Assembly: GCA_043228905.1 (NCBI GenBank)
Contig: JBHGNT010000007.1
Span: 17,236,001-17,300,000 of the forward strand
DNA: 64,000 nucleotides
Direction: 5' to 3'
From: Azolla caroliniana
Taxonomy: Eukaryota; Plantae; Polypodiophyta
Shown piece after piece: positions 1-12,811 of the stretch. The position numbers and the translations under genes are program-made. How positions within the stretch are numbered: position 1 is the stretch's first letter; each line of letters opens with the position of its first letter. The notes beneath the pieces are model-generated. The model was given only the letters and a program-made list of their open reading frames with translations. It was not told the DNA's origin and did not search any database.

Positions 1-306
1 AGTTTTGGTGGTTTTTGCGTTCCTTTTTGTTGAGTTTTTATTTTTGAGGAAACATCATATTCCTCGATTGCTCATAGTACTCTAACTTGTTTAGAGTAGA
101 ACTTTGGTGTATCAGATTTATATTGATAGTGAATTAGTTCTGGACTAGGTCCCGTGGTTTTTACCTCTTTGAGGGTTTTCCACGTTAAAAATCTATGGTG
201 TATTGTGTATTGATTTGTTGTGTATCTTTCTTGTTTTCTTTTTAAATCTTGCACAACATGTTTTCTATTTTACATAAGTGTTTAAGTGCTACTAAGTTTC
301 GAAACA
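1..306 (+). repeat. 5' LTR of copia A (partial)
   Basis: Direct repeat of 11346-11651, ends in CA, followed by PBS. Confidence 0.93.
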
Positions 307-308
307 AG

Positions 309-320
309 TGGTATTAGAGC
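309..320 (+). promoter_or_regulatory. Primer-binding site (tRNA-iMet type) of copia A
   Basis: TGGTATTAGAGC, one mismatch from canonical TGGTATCAGAGC, 2 nt after the LTR. Confidence 0.85.
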
Positions 321-337
321 GAGGTTGAGCACTTCTT

Positions 338-1107
338 ATGGAGACAATTTTTTCCACAATGGTTTGCTTGAACGACACCAACTAGCACAAATGGAAAGGT
401 AAGGTGAAAGATCCTCTTTTTGTGAAAATTCTACACTTACTTGTTTTTGCAGATGCTAAACCAGAGAGCAAAACTGCCGAGGAATGGCTTTTTGAGGATC
501 AACAGGTATGTGGTTTTATTCGACAATGGGTGGGAGACAATGTCTTAAACCATATTGCGAATGAAACTAATGCTAAAGCTCTATGGAATAAACTCGAAAC
601 GTTGTATGCATCAAAGGCAGGTAACAATAAGTTATTCTTGCTTAAACAAGCAATGCATTTAGTGTATAAAGAAGGCAGTTCCATTTTAGATCATCTAAAT
701 GAATTTCAAGGATGTTTTGACCAACTTTTTAGTATGGGTGTGAAATTTGATGATGAGATTAATGCATTATGGTTGTTAAACACTCTCCCTAATTCATGGG
801 AAACTTTTAGGGTATCTCTAACTAATGTAGCCCCAAATGGAATTGTAACTACGGAATATGTCAAGAGTGGTGTTCTAAACGAGGAGATGCGACGAAGGAC
901 ACAAGGGACATTGTCACATTCGGAGGTCTTGATGGTTGAGAGAGGGAGGAGTAAGCATACAAGCCAAGGTCAAAACAACCGAGGGAGGAGTAGAAGTAAA
1001 TCAAAACCAAGGTATAAAAATCTAGAATGTCATTTTTGTGGTAAAACAGGACACATAAAGAGGTATTGTTACAAGTGGAAAAAGGAGAACCACACATCTA
1101 GCGGTAA
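338..1107 (+). pseudogene. copia A gag (UBN2-like domain + CCHC knuckle), early stop, cut by insertion
   Basis: ORF 404-1120 contains LLNTLPNSWETF and CHFCGKTGHIKRYC. Confidence 0.88.
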
Positions 1108-1485
1108 CTTACCAACGTAATATTCGTGTTCGTGCAAGCATTCCAATGTGTGGAAACGAACACGTTTGAAATGGGAAAAGTACACAATCCTTTGTTTTTT
1201 CTTTTTTTTCATTTATTATTGTTATAATTTAGTTGACCCTAGTGGTAAGGAGTCATGCTATTGTTGTCTATGTCTTGGGTTTGATTCCCAATTTTCTCAT
1301 CTCTTTCTCTCATTATTACCATGTCATAGCAAAATTTTATGTTAGTGTTATAATAGTTTTTTTCTTTTATTTAATTTTATTATTATAACTAAGTACAACC
1401 TAGTGGTAAGTTGTTGTGCTACTATTAGTTGTGTCTTGGGTTTGATTCCCAACTTACTCATATCCTCTTGTTAGTGTCATGTTCT

Positions 1486-2245
1486 TGTTGGGAATCGCCG
1501 CTTCGATTCTCCTTCACCGCTCGGCCACAACCGAGTAGTCGCGAAACAATGCAGCAGAAAATAGGAAACACTGAGAAAGACACGATAACACAGGGATTAA
1601 CGTGGAAAACCCTATATGGGAAAAACCACGGGAGTGCAAGACTCCAAACCAAAACTATGCACAGAGAAATATACAATGGCGAGCTGCAAGGCAACGACCT
1701 TGAGCTCGCTGTCCTCGCCACAGGCGGCGGTATTACACAGAGGCAACGACCTCTTCGTCTTTCTCTCTCTCTCTCTCGGCTGCACTCTTCACTCTCTCTA
1801 AGTGAGAACAGAAAATGAGCAACAACTTACAGCAGCAATAAACAGTTTGCCCTAAGTCATATTTATACACATATGACTTTCGGGCTATTTACAAATATAG
1901 CCTCAAGGGCCCTTGGCAAACATATTCACAAATATGTCCCCGCATCCGGATCTCTCTCCGGGTACATTCATCATCCGGCTCCGTAGCCGGGGTCTTCATC
2001 ATCCGGCTCCGTAGCCGGGGTCTTCATCATCCGGCTCCGTAGCCGGGGTCTTCGTCATCCGGCTCCGTAGCCGGGTCTTCGTCATCCGGCTCCGTAGCCG
2101 GGTCTTCGTCATCCGGCTCCGTAGCCGGGGTCTCTTCATCCGGCTTCATGCCGGGTACTCTTCATCCTCCGGTTGTGGTTACGGAACCGGGCTTGCCGTC
2201 ATTCATCTCCGGACATCCCATCCGGAGGGACCGAAAATCCCAACA
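1486..2245 (-). repeat. 3' LTR of copia B, with ~6 copies of a 24-25-bp internal tandem repeat (CATCCGGCTCCGTAGCCGGGGTCTT)
   Basis: Near-identical to 6360-7063 apart from repeat copy number. Confidence 0.95.
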
Positions 2246-2255
2246 AACTCCCCCT

Positions 2256-5200
2256 TCACTTCGGCATGGGATGTCTCTCCAATCCGATCCTCTTCCGGCA
2301 TGCTTCCAGCTTGTCGGGTGTGAGCACTTTGGTCAGCATATCTGACCCGTTCTCGTCCGTGTGGATCTTCGTCAGCACGAACTCCTGGTCTTCTATCCTT
2401 TCCCGGATCCAGTGATATCTTCGCTGGATGTGCTTCGTCCGGGAGTGATAGGCCGCGTTCTTTGCAAGGTGGATGGCACTCTGACTGTCGCAGTAGAGTC
2501 GGTACTCCTCCTGCCGGATACCGAGCTCTCTAATGAAGTCCTTCATCCATATTATTTCCTTGCCGGCTTCAACAGCCGCCATGTACTCCGCCTCCGTGGT
2601 TGACAACGCAACCGTCTTCTGCAGCCTTGACTGCCATGAAACGGCTCCCCCTGCATACGTCATCACATACCCTGATGTGGACCGGCTGGTATCTGCATCA
2701 GCCGACATATCCGAATCGGTGAAACCGTCGAGTTCGGGCTTTCCGGAGCCGAATCGGAGGCACACGTTTGCCGTGCCCTTCAGGTATCGGAGTATCCATT
2801 TGACCGCGTTCCAATGCTCTTTGCCGGGATTGCTCATGTACCGGCTCACCACTCCGACTGCATATCCTATGTCCGGTCGGGTACACACCATCGCGTACAT
2901 CAAGCTCCCGACGGCAGACGCATATGGTACTTTCATCATGTCCTCCTTCTCAGCCTTTGTCTTGGGGCTTTGCTTGCTGGACAGCTTGCAGTTTGCCGGG
3001 AGTGTTGACCCCACCGGTCTTGCTTCCGACATGTTGAACCGGTGAAGCACCTTTGTCACGTACTTCTCCTGTGACAACCACAACTGCTTCTTCTTCCGGT
3101 CCCGGATGATGTGCATCCCTAGTATTTGCCTCGCCGGACCCAGGTCCTTCATTGAGAAGGTTCGGTGAAGAGCCTTCTTCAGCATCCGTATCTTGACCTG
3201 GTCCCGTCCGACGATCAACATGTCGTCCACGTACAGGAGGAGTATTAGAAAGTCTCCTCCTTCGAACTTCTTCACAAACACGCAGTGATCGGACTGCGTT
3301 TTGTGGTACCCTTCGTCGGTCATGAAGGAGTCGAACTTCCGGTACCACTGCCGGGGAGCCTGCTTCAGTCCGTAAAGGCTCTTCTTCAACCGGCATACCA
3401 GGTGCTCCTTCCCTTTCTTCTCGAATCCTTCCGGTTGCTGCATGTAGATCTCTTCTTCGAGGTCACCGTGAAGAAATGCCGTCTTCACGTCCATCTGTTC
3501 TACCTCGAGGTCCATGCTTGCCGCTATGCTCAGCACCGTCCGGATGGAGGTCATCTTCACTACCGGGGCAAATATCTCGTCGAAGTCGACGCCCTTCTTC
3601 TGCTAAAACCCCTTCACCACGATCCTGGCTTTGTATCTCGGGGGGTTTCCGGCATCTCCCGGTTTCAGCTTGAACACCCACTTGTTTCGAAGTGCCCGCT
3701 TTCCTTTCGGCAACTCCACAAGTTCATATGTGTGGTTCTCATGCAGGGAATCCATCTCCTCCTGCATGGCACTTAACCACCTGCGGCTATGGGTGTCAAG
3801 CTTCGCTTCTTCAAAGCTCTCCGGCTCCCCCTCGTCGGTTAGCAGCACGTGCTCTGGTTCCGGAAATCTCCGGGGGGCCCTTCTCTCTCTTAGAGGATAT
3901 CTCCGTTCCGGAGCTTCGGTAACCGGTTCTTCCGATTCTTCTTCATCCGAATCCATTTCGGGATCGGGGCCGGTTCCGGTATCATTTTCATCGTCTTCGG
4001 CCAGTTCTGTTTCTTCACCGTCTTCGGCCGGATCTTCGAGTGTTAACCGGTCCCTTGCCGGTCGGGACTGCTCCTCGTAGAGTTGATCCTCATCGGTCGA
4101 CTTGGAGCTCTTCATCTTCTTCTCCGACTCCCAGTCGGCGAGTGTCTTGTCCTCCATGAAGATGATGTCTCGACTCCTGAATATCTTCTTGTCGACCGGG
4201 TCCCATACTCGGTAGCCGAACTCGTCGTCGCCGTAACCGAGGAATATGCATGGCCGGGTCTTTGGATCTAACTTTCCTCTCCGGTCCTTTGCCACATGCA
4301 CGTATGCGAGACACCCGAACACCTTCAGATGCCGGTAAGATACTTCCCTACCGGTCCACACTCTCTGCGGCGTGTCTCCGTCCAAAGGTACTGAGGGTGA
4401 CCTGTTTATCACGTATGTCGCCGTCGACATTGCCTCAGCCCAAAACCCCTTGGGTAATTCCGCATGCGCCAGCATACTCCGGACCCTCTCCATTATGGTC
4501 CGGTTCATCCTCTCGGCCAGCCCGTTCAGTTCCGGCGTCTTCGGCACAGTAAACTCGAGCCGGATTCCCTTCGAGCGACAGTACTCCGCGAACTGCCCCC
4601 GGTATTCCCCTCCGTTATCCGCTCGTATCGCTTTCAGCTTCTTGCCGGATTCCCTTTCCACTCTCGCGTGGAGTTCTTTGAAGACGCCCAACACTTGGTC
4701 CTTTGTCTTCAACGGTGCCGTCCACAGCTTCCGGCTGTGATCATCTATGAATGTTACGAAGTACTGGGCTCCGCCATGTGACTTCGTTTCTACTTGACAC
4801 ACGTCAGTGTGCACCAGCTCCAATGGTGCGCTGCGTCTCGTCGGTGGCCTTGAGTGGAAAGAGGTCCGGTTTTGCTTACCGGCCAGGCAATCGGTGCACT
4901 TCTCCAGGTGCACATGCTTCACTGGAATGAGGTTGTCTTCTGCAAGCCTCTTCATCCCCTTCTCACTCATGTGGCACAGTCTCTTGTGCCACAGCTCACC
5001 GGCAGTGTCGGCTGCCACGTTCAGCTCCTCCGGACATAGCCGGGAATTCATCAGGTACAGTGTGTTGACCTTCCGGGCCCGAGCCACTATCAAGCTCCCC
5101 TTGCTGAACTTCATTTCGCCGTTCCGGATGCTACCTGTGTAGCCTTCATCGTCTAGCCTTCCGGCCGAAATCAGATTCAGTCGAACCTCCGGAACGTGTC

Positions 5201-6329
5201 GGACATCCTTCAGCAGCATTTTGCATCCGGTTGATGTCATCAGCCACACGTCTCCTATGCCGGCAATCCGGCACGTACCTTCATTTCCCATCCGGACACA
5301 GCCATGCTCACCGGCTGTGTAGGATGAGAAGTATCTTCTCTCCGGGGTCAGGTGGAACGATGCTCCGGAATCGACCACCCAGGTCGTCTCATCGCCGGCA
5401 ACGTTTAGTTCACCTTCTTCGGTGATGAGCATGATTTCTTCCTCACTTGCCGCGAGTGCCGTTGTTCCTTTCCGGTCCTGCCCTCGCCGATCCGAACCTC
5501 TCCGGTCCGTGGCTCCCCGGTATGCACCGTTTCTCTCCGGTGACTTCTTCGAATCGGTGTCGACGGCTCCGTTGTCTTTTCGGTAATGCCGACAATTCTT
5601 TCGGAAGTGCCCCGGCTTCCCACAGTGGAAGCATGTGGGCCTTCCTCTTGACTGCGACCGGGTCCCCGACTTCTCCCGTCTTTGCGGACTCCGGTTCCAT
5701 TGTCTTCCCCGTTCCGATTCGGTAAGCAGCGCCTTCGTGTCGGAGGCCGGTTCTTTATCTCTCCGACGCGCTTCTTCATTCAAAATACTTGTCTTTACCG
5801 TTTGTAGAGACAAGTTATCTTCGGTGCAGGAGGTGCTGAGGGTCACCACCAAGTTCTCCCAGCTTTCCGGCAATGTACACATCAGAATGATGGCTTGCAT
5901 TGCATCCTCCAACGGGAACTTGATCGCCGCAAGCTGGTTCACGAATCCCATGAACGTGCTTACGTGTTCGACCATGCTCTCGCCGTCCCGGTACTTAAGA
6001 TTCACTATCTTCCTCATCAGGGAGGTCCGGTTCAACGCATTCTTCCTCTCATACAGTCCGGACAGCTTCCGCCACATCTCATAGGCGTTCGTATCGTTCG
6101 CCACATGTTGCAGGACACTTACATCGACATATTGCCGGATCGTCGCTACGGCTTTCCGGTTCAGAAGCTTCCATTCCGACTCAAGTACTCCCTTCGGTAT
6201 TTCCGACCTGTCAATCGGTTCGTACAGGTCCCGAACAATTAGAAGATCTTCCATCTTGATCTTCCAGTCGGCGTAGTTCTGCGCATTCAGCACCATCATG
6301 CCCGGAGGCCCACTACCGCCGCCTTCCAT
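2256..6329 (-). CDS. copia B Gag-Pol polyprotein (gag-CCHC-PR-INT-RT-RNaseH) with a single in-frame TAG at 3603-3605
   Basis: ORFs 3603-6404 and 2256-3560 are in the same frame. Motifs CFHCGKPGHFRKNC, WVVDSGAS, LVHTDVC, LLYVDD, SRTKHI. First ATG after the PBS is at 6329. Confidence 0.93.
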
Positions 6330-6359
6330 TTTCTGTGTTGCCGTCGCTCTGATACCACT

Positions 6360-7063
6360 TGTTGGGAATCGCCGCTTCGATTCTCCTTCACCGCTCGGCC
6401 ACAACCGAGTAGTCGCGAAACAATGCAGCAGAAAATAGGAAACACTGAGAAAGACACGATAACACAGGGATTAACGTGGAAAACCCTATACGGGAAAAAC
6501 CACGGGAGTGCAAGACTCCAAACCAAAACTATGCACAGAGAAATATACAATGGCGAGCTGCAAGGCAACGACCTTGAGCTCGCTGTCCTCGCCACAGGCG
6601 GCGGTATTACACAGAGGCAACGACCTCTTCGTCTTTCTCTCTCTCTCTCTCGGCTGCACTCTTCACTCTCTCTCTCTCGGCTGCACTCTTCACTCTCTCT
6701 AAGTGAGAACAGAAAATGAGCAACAACTTACAGCAGCAATAAACAGTTTGCCCTAAGTCATATTTATACACATATGACTTTCGGGCTATTTACAAATATA
6801 GCCTCAAGGGCCCTTGGCAAACATATTCACAAATATGTCCCCGCATCCGGATCTCTCTCCGGGTACATTCATCATCCGGCTCCGTAGCCGGGGTCTTCAT
6901 CATCCGGCTCCGTAGCCGGGTCTTCGTCATCCGGCTCCGTAGCCGGGGTCTCTTCATCCGGCTTCATGCCGGGTACTCTTCATCCTCCGGTTGTGGTTAC
7001 GGAACCGGGCTTGCCGTCATTCATCTCCGGACATCCCATCCGGAGGGACCGAAAATCCCAACA
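6360..7063 (-). repeat. 5' LTR of copia B
   Basis: Adjacent to the PBS; 3 copies of the internal repeat plus a ~25-bp duplication at 6640-6695. Confidence 0.95.
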
Positions 7064-7764
7064 GTTCTTTTTCTTCTTTTTCTTTCTTTCTTTGTTATTA
7101 GAAATTAGCTCACCCGAGTGGTAAGTTGTTATGCTACTACTGCCTATGTCATGGCAAAATTTTATGTTAGTGTCATGTTCCTTTTTCTTTCTTTCTTTCT
7201 TTCTTTGTTATTAGAAATTAGGTCACCCTAGTGGTAAGTTGTTAGGCTACTACTGCCTATGTCATGTTTTCTTCATATTCTCAAATATACGTTTTTATGA
7301 GTTTTTGATCGTTTCTTTTTTTCTTTCTTTGTTATTAGAAATTAGGTCACCCTAGTGGTAAGTTGTTATGCTACTACTGCCTATGTCATGTTTTCTTCAT
7401 ATTCTCGAATATACGTTTTATGAGTTTTTGAACGTTTGATTATATTTTATAATGACATATTTTGATTCAATCTCTATAGTTCATACTCATTTTTTTGTAA
7501 AGTTCTAAAGTGAGGATGATAGAGATGTCTTGATTTGCATCCCAAAAGTATGCATGCGATACAATGCAAATATTGCAACCATACTTATGTCGGTGGTTCA
7601 CAATGGATTAGAGTCCACTTATTAGGATTGAGTGTGAATCAATACATAATATAGACCCTAGTCAATCCAATCCAACTTTGAGATGATTTACCATACACGT
7701 TTGATTGAATCATTCTCGAATGCGAATGCACGTATGATATGTATGGTTCATTCTATGGCGGTAA

Positions 7765-10700
7765 GCATGAAAACAAAGGTAACGATAACAATTCTAATCG
7801 TGTTAATACAACTTCATCAGATGATTTGCTTGTTGTTTATGATGAAAACGTGATTAATCTTGCTCCCAATGAAACTAATTGGGTTGTTGATAGTGGAGCA
7901 TCCTTCCATGTCACATCTAGAAGGGAGTTTTTTACTTCTTATACTTCAGGGGATTTTGGAGTTGTGAAGATGGGCAATGACGATCTTTCAAAGGTGGTAG
8001 GCATTGGGACTATTTGTTTGGAAACCAACACGGGTTCAAAATTGATTCTCAAGGAGGTAAGACATGTACCCGACATTCGCTTACATCTTATCTCAACCGA
8101 CAGATTAGATGATGATGGCTATTGCAACATCTTCAATGAGGGACAATGGAAACTCACTAAGGGCTCATTGGTTGTAGCTCCTAGTAAGAAATGCTCTAGT
8201 TTGTATTTATTACAAGCATCTATTTCTACTAATCTTGTGAATGCAGCTGAAAGCAACAATATGTCATAGCTGTGGCATAAAAGGTTATCTCATATTAGTG
8301 AGAAGGGGCTTGATTGTCTAGCAAAGAAAAGCTTGCTTCCGGGTCTAAAAGATGCCAAGTTAGACATGTGCAATCATTGTGTGGTAGGAAAGCAAAGAAG
8401 AGTCGCGTTCAAACAACATTCTTCTTCAAGAAAGGAAGAGGTACTTGAGTTGGTACATTCAGATGTTTGTGGTCCTTTAAAGGTAAAATCAATAGGTGGT
8501 GCACTCAACTTTGTTACTTTTATTGATGACTATTCTAGGAAACTTTGGATTCGAACATTGAAAACTAAGGACCAAGCATTTAATGTGTTCAAAGGATTTC
8601 ATGTTTTTGTAGAAAGAGAGACGGGAAAAAAACTGAAACGCATTCGCACTGACAATGGTGGGGAATACCTTGGAGCTTTCGATGCATACTGTCGAGAACA
8701 CGGGATTAAGCATTAAAGGACACCACCAAAAACCCCACAACTAAATGTCTTGGCGGAAAGGATGAATAGGACTCTAGTTGAAAGAGTTCGATGTTTGCTC
8801 TTGGATGCGAAGTTATGCAAACCCTTTTGGGGTGAGGTTTTGAGTACCATTGCATATGTTATTAACCTATCTCTTACTGTTGCATTACAGGGCGACGTTC
8901 CTAATAGAGTTTGGTATGGTAAGAATGTTTCATATGATCATTTACATGTGTTTGGGTGTAAATGTTTTGTACATATAGCTAAAGATGAACGGTCTAAATT
9001 AGATGTTAAATCTAAAGAATGTATTTTTATTGGTTATGGCCAAGATGAGTTTTGTTACAGATGTTATGAGCCAATAGAAAGGAGGCTCATTCGAAGTCGT
9101 GATGTGGTATTCATTGAGGATCAAACTATCAAAGATATTGAGAAGGTCAAAGAATCTAACACTCAAGAAGATGGTGGGCTTATTGATTTTGACCCGATTC
9201 CTACGACCGAAGATGCTACATATGGAGATGCTTCCCAACAAGACGAAAACCGTGAGGATGTTGATGAACCAGATATTATAAATAATAGGGCTGAAGCTAA
9301 TCATGATGATATTTTACCTCAGATAGGTTTTGAGCGAGGGGAGCAAACTTCCTTACAGAGGTGGTCAATGAACAACTTAGAAGGTCTACTAGAGAACGAA
9401 AACCATTTGTAAGGTATTCTAGTTCAGATTATGTTTTAATCTTTGACCAAAGGGAGCCTGAAAGTTATTATGATGTTTTAAATCATAAAGATAAGGATGA
9501 TTGGATAAAAGCCATGCACGACGAAATGAACTCATTAAAGAAAAATAATACCTTTGATTTAGTAGAACTTCCTAAGGGAAGAAAAGTTTTGAAAAAGAAA
9601 TGGGTGTTTAAGTTAAAACAAGGTGATGGTAACCTTGTAAAACATAAGGCTCGTTTAGTCGTAAAAGGTTTCAGCCAAAAGAAAGGTATTGATTTCGATG
9701 AAATTTTCTCACCAGTTGTGAAAATGAGTTCTATTCGGGTTGTTTTAGGTTTAGCGGCCACTTTAAATCTTGAGATTGAGTAGCTCGATGTAAAGAAAAC
9801 TTTCTTGCATGGAGACTTGAAGGAAGAGATATACATGGAACAACCGGAGGGTTTCGAAGAGAAAGGAAAGGAGCATATGGTATGCAAGTTGAGGAAAAGT
9901 CTTTACGGCCTAAAAGAAGCATCGAGACAATGGTATAGAAGGTTCAATTCATTTATGGCAAGTCAAGACTATGCCAAGACTAATGGAGATCATTGTGTGT
10001 ATGTTAAGCATTTTTCTAAAGGTAATTTTATAATTCTTTTATTGTATGTCGATGATATGCTAATTGTAGGACAAGATGTAGAAAATATCCACAAGTTAAA
10101 GGTGGATATATCTAAGGCCTTCGACATGAAAGATCTAGGTCATGCTAAGCATATTTTAGGCATGAAAATTACTCGCAATAGGGAATGTGGAAAGTTGTGG
10201 CTTTCTCAAGAAAAATACATAGAACGAGTATTAGAAAGGTTTAATATGCATAATGCAAAACTGGTAAGTACCCCCCTTGCTAGCCATTTTAAATCATGTA
10301 GAAAAGACTGTCCACATACCGGGCAAGAGAAAGAAGAGATGTCCTCAATTCCTTACTCTTCAACGATTGGTTCGTTGATGTATGTTATGGTTAGGACAAG
10401 GCCAGATATTGCCCATACCGTTAGTGTTGTAAGCAGATATCTCTCCAATCCGAGTAAGTCTCATTGGGATGCCGTAAAATGGATCTTTCGATATTTAAGA
10501 GGTACATCAAAATTATGTTTATGTTTTGGAGATTCTAAACAAACTCTTGAAGGTTTTTCAGATTCAGATATGGCAGGAGATCTCGATGGGAGAAAATCTA
10601 CTTCGGCTTACTTATTTACATTTGCAGGGGGAGCCGTGTCATGGCAATCTAAGTTGCAAAAATGTGTTGCTTTGTCTACAACAGAATCGGAATATATTGC

Positions 10701-10995
10701 AGCCACTGAAGCTGCCAAAGAGATGCTATGGTTGAAAAGGTTTGTTTTAGATTTGGGTTTAAGTCAACTAACTTATGTGATATTTTGTGACAGCCAAAGT
10801 GCAATAGATCTAAGCAAGAACTCGATGTACCATTCTCGTACGAAACATATTGATGTAAGGTATCATTGGCTGCGCTCGGCAATTGAAGATCAACTTATAC
10901 AACTCAAGAAAATTCACACAGACATGTTGACGAAGGTAGTCTCTAAAGAAAAGCTTGAGCTTTGTGTCAAGCTGGTTGGAATGAACAGAAACTAA
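7765..10995 (+). pseudogene. copia A pol (PR-INT-RT-RNaseH) with several stops and a frameshift
   Basis: Fragmented ORFs 7739-8269, 8333-8716, 8750-9412, 9361-9783 and 9805-10995 with WVVDSGAS, LVHSDVCGP, LLYVDD and HSRTKHIDV. Confidence 0.93.
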
Positions 10996-11038
10996 GTGAT
11001 TCAATGGAATCTTCTCCTATGTGGCCAGAGGGGGAGAT

Positions 11039-11651
11039 TGTTAGGTTTTTCTGTCCACATTAATAAGTAAATAAAATGGGCATTGGATGCCCAAAACTTG
11101 TATTTTTTAAAATAGTGTGAAAGGGGTTCACACAAGAAGACGTTACATATCTACACTATGTAACACATTCTTTTTTGGAGTGTGTTAAAAAGGGAAAAAC
11201 GAACATTTCTCTGATGCAACAGAGAAAAACATATTTCAGAGAGCCCATACTCTCTTTCTTAGCTAATTCCTTCAATCTTTCTAAAGTACACCAACACACT
11301 CTGACATCCGGACATCGCCACCTCCGTCATCAGCCACGTGCTGTGAGTTTTGGTGGTTTTTGCGTTCCTTTTTGTTGAGTTTTTATTTTTGAGGAAACAT
11401 CATATTCCTCGATTGCTCATAGTACTCTAACTTGTTTAGAGTAGAACTTTGGTGTATCAGATTTATATTGATAGTGAATTAGTTCTAGACTAGGTCTCGT
11501 GGTTTTTACCTCTTTGAGGGTTTTCCACGTTAAAAATTTGTGGTGTATTGTGCATTGATTTGTTGTGTATCTTTCTTGTTTTCTTTTTAAATCTTGCACA
11601 ACATATTTTCTGTTTTACATAAGTGTTTAAGTGCGACTAAGTTTCAGAACA
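11039..11651 (+). repeat. 3' LTR of copia A
   Basis: TG...CA, preceded by PPT, matches 1-306. Confidence 0.93.
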
Positions 11652-11689
11652 AAAGAGAGATGGATAGAGAGAGAGAGAGAGAGAGAGAG

Positions 11690-11990
11690 ATTAACGTCTT
11701 CTAAGGCCAAATTTGGCCCATGAGATAGTTGGTTTACAACAAAATGGGTATTTATTCAAAATGATAGAGAGATTTTGTTATCATCTTCGGAGATCAAATA
11801 TGATCTATAAGATCAAAAATATTACATTTCACATGTGAAAGTGAGCAGTGACTCTCGATTGTTCAAGAACTTTACCAATGAATGTTGCAATCGAGAGTGC
11901 ACATTGTGGTTGAAAGTGAGCAGTGACTCTCGATTGTTCAAGAACTTTACCAATGAATGTTGCAATCGAGAGTGCACATTGTGGTTGCAA
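11690..11990 (-). mobile_element. Short 3'-end remnants of the LINE family, next to (GA)n, with a 75-bp tandem duplication
   Basis: Similar to 13049-13195 (TCTTCGGAGGTCAAATATGACC; QPQCALSIATFIGKVLE). Confidence 0.75.
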
Positions 11991-12060
11991 AGGTAACCAT
12001 TCTAGAAGGATTTGAACTCTCCACCACTTACACACATCAAATGACTCTATCCATTAGGCC

Positions 12061-12064
<4 letters not shown>

Positions 12065-12099
<35 letters not shown>

Positions 12100-12288
12100 C
12101 TAAATATGTCAATCCTTACTATAGTTTCATGGCCTAGGTGACCATAGTCCCTCTAAGAAGTTGGCCATGAAGAGGATCCTCCATGTAACTAGTTAGCAGG
12201 CTGAGGTCTCATTCGTTAAGAACAACCATGCACCTAAAGAACTGAGAAAATTGGGTTTTGAACCCAAGATGTAGTGTAAGCTAATTAC

Positions 12289-12337
<49 letters not shown>

Positions 12338-12526
12338 CTAAATATGTCAATCCTTACTATAGTTTCATGGCCTAGGTGACCATAGTCCCTCTAAGAAGTT
12401 GGCCATGAAGAGGATCCTCCATGTAACTAGTTAGCAGGCTGAGGTCTCATTCGTTAAGAACAACCATGCACCTAAAGAACTGAGAAAATTGGGTTTTGAA
12501 CCCAAGATGTAGTGTAAGCTAATTAC

Positions 12527-12577
<51 letters not shown>

Positions 12578-12766
12578 CTAAATATGTCAATCCTTACTAT
12601 AGTTTCATGGCCTAGGTGACCATAGTCCCTCTAAGAAGTTGGCCATGAAGAGGATCCTCCATGTAACTAGTTAGCAGGCTGAGGTCTCATTCGTTAAGAA
12701 CAACCATGCACCTAAAGAACTGAGAAAATTGGGTTTTGAACCCAAGATGTAGTGTAAGCTAATTAC

Positions 12767-12811
<45 letters not shown>

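Larger units (their letters stand above)
1486..7063 (-). mobile_element. Ty1/copia LTR retrotransposon B, full length, young
   Basis: LTRs 1486-2245 and 6360-7063 (TG...CA). TSD GTTCT at 1481-1485 and 7064-7068. PBS TGGTATCAGAGC at rc 6346-6357 and PPT at rc 2246-2256. Confidence 0.97.
1108..7757. mobile_element. Non-coding hAT-like DNA element (~1.07 kb once copia B is removed) inserted in copia A gag
   Basis: Flanked by GCGGTAA at 1101-1107 and 7758-7764, and removing it restores the frame KENHTSSG/KHENKG. Right end reads CATAGAATGAAC (rc), like the TIR of the MITE at 23568. Internal CCCTAGTGGTAAG-containing repeats. Left TIR not recognisable. Confidence 0.65.
1..11651 (+). mobile_element. 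Ty1/copia LTR retrotransposon A (decayed; 5' LTR truncated by window edge; interrupted by nested insertions 1108-7757)
   Basis: 1-306 matches 11346-11651. PBS TGGTATTAGAGC at 309-320 and PPT GAGGGGGAGA just before TG at 11039. Domain order is gag-PR-INT-RT-RH. Confidence 0.95.

Noticed and set aside
3595-3612. Programmed stop readthrough in copia B
   Set aside because: The TAG lies inside RT (KGF*QKKG), its context is not CARYYA, and a single C>T from CAG explains it.
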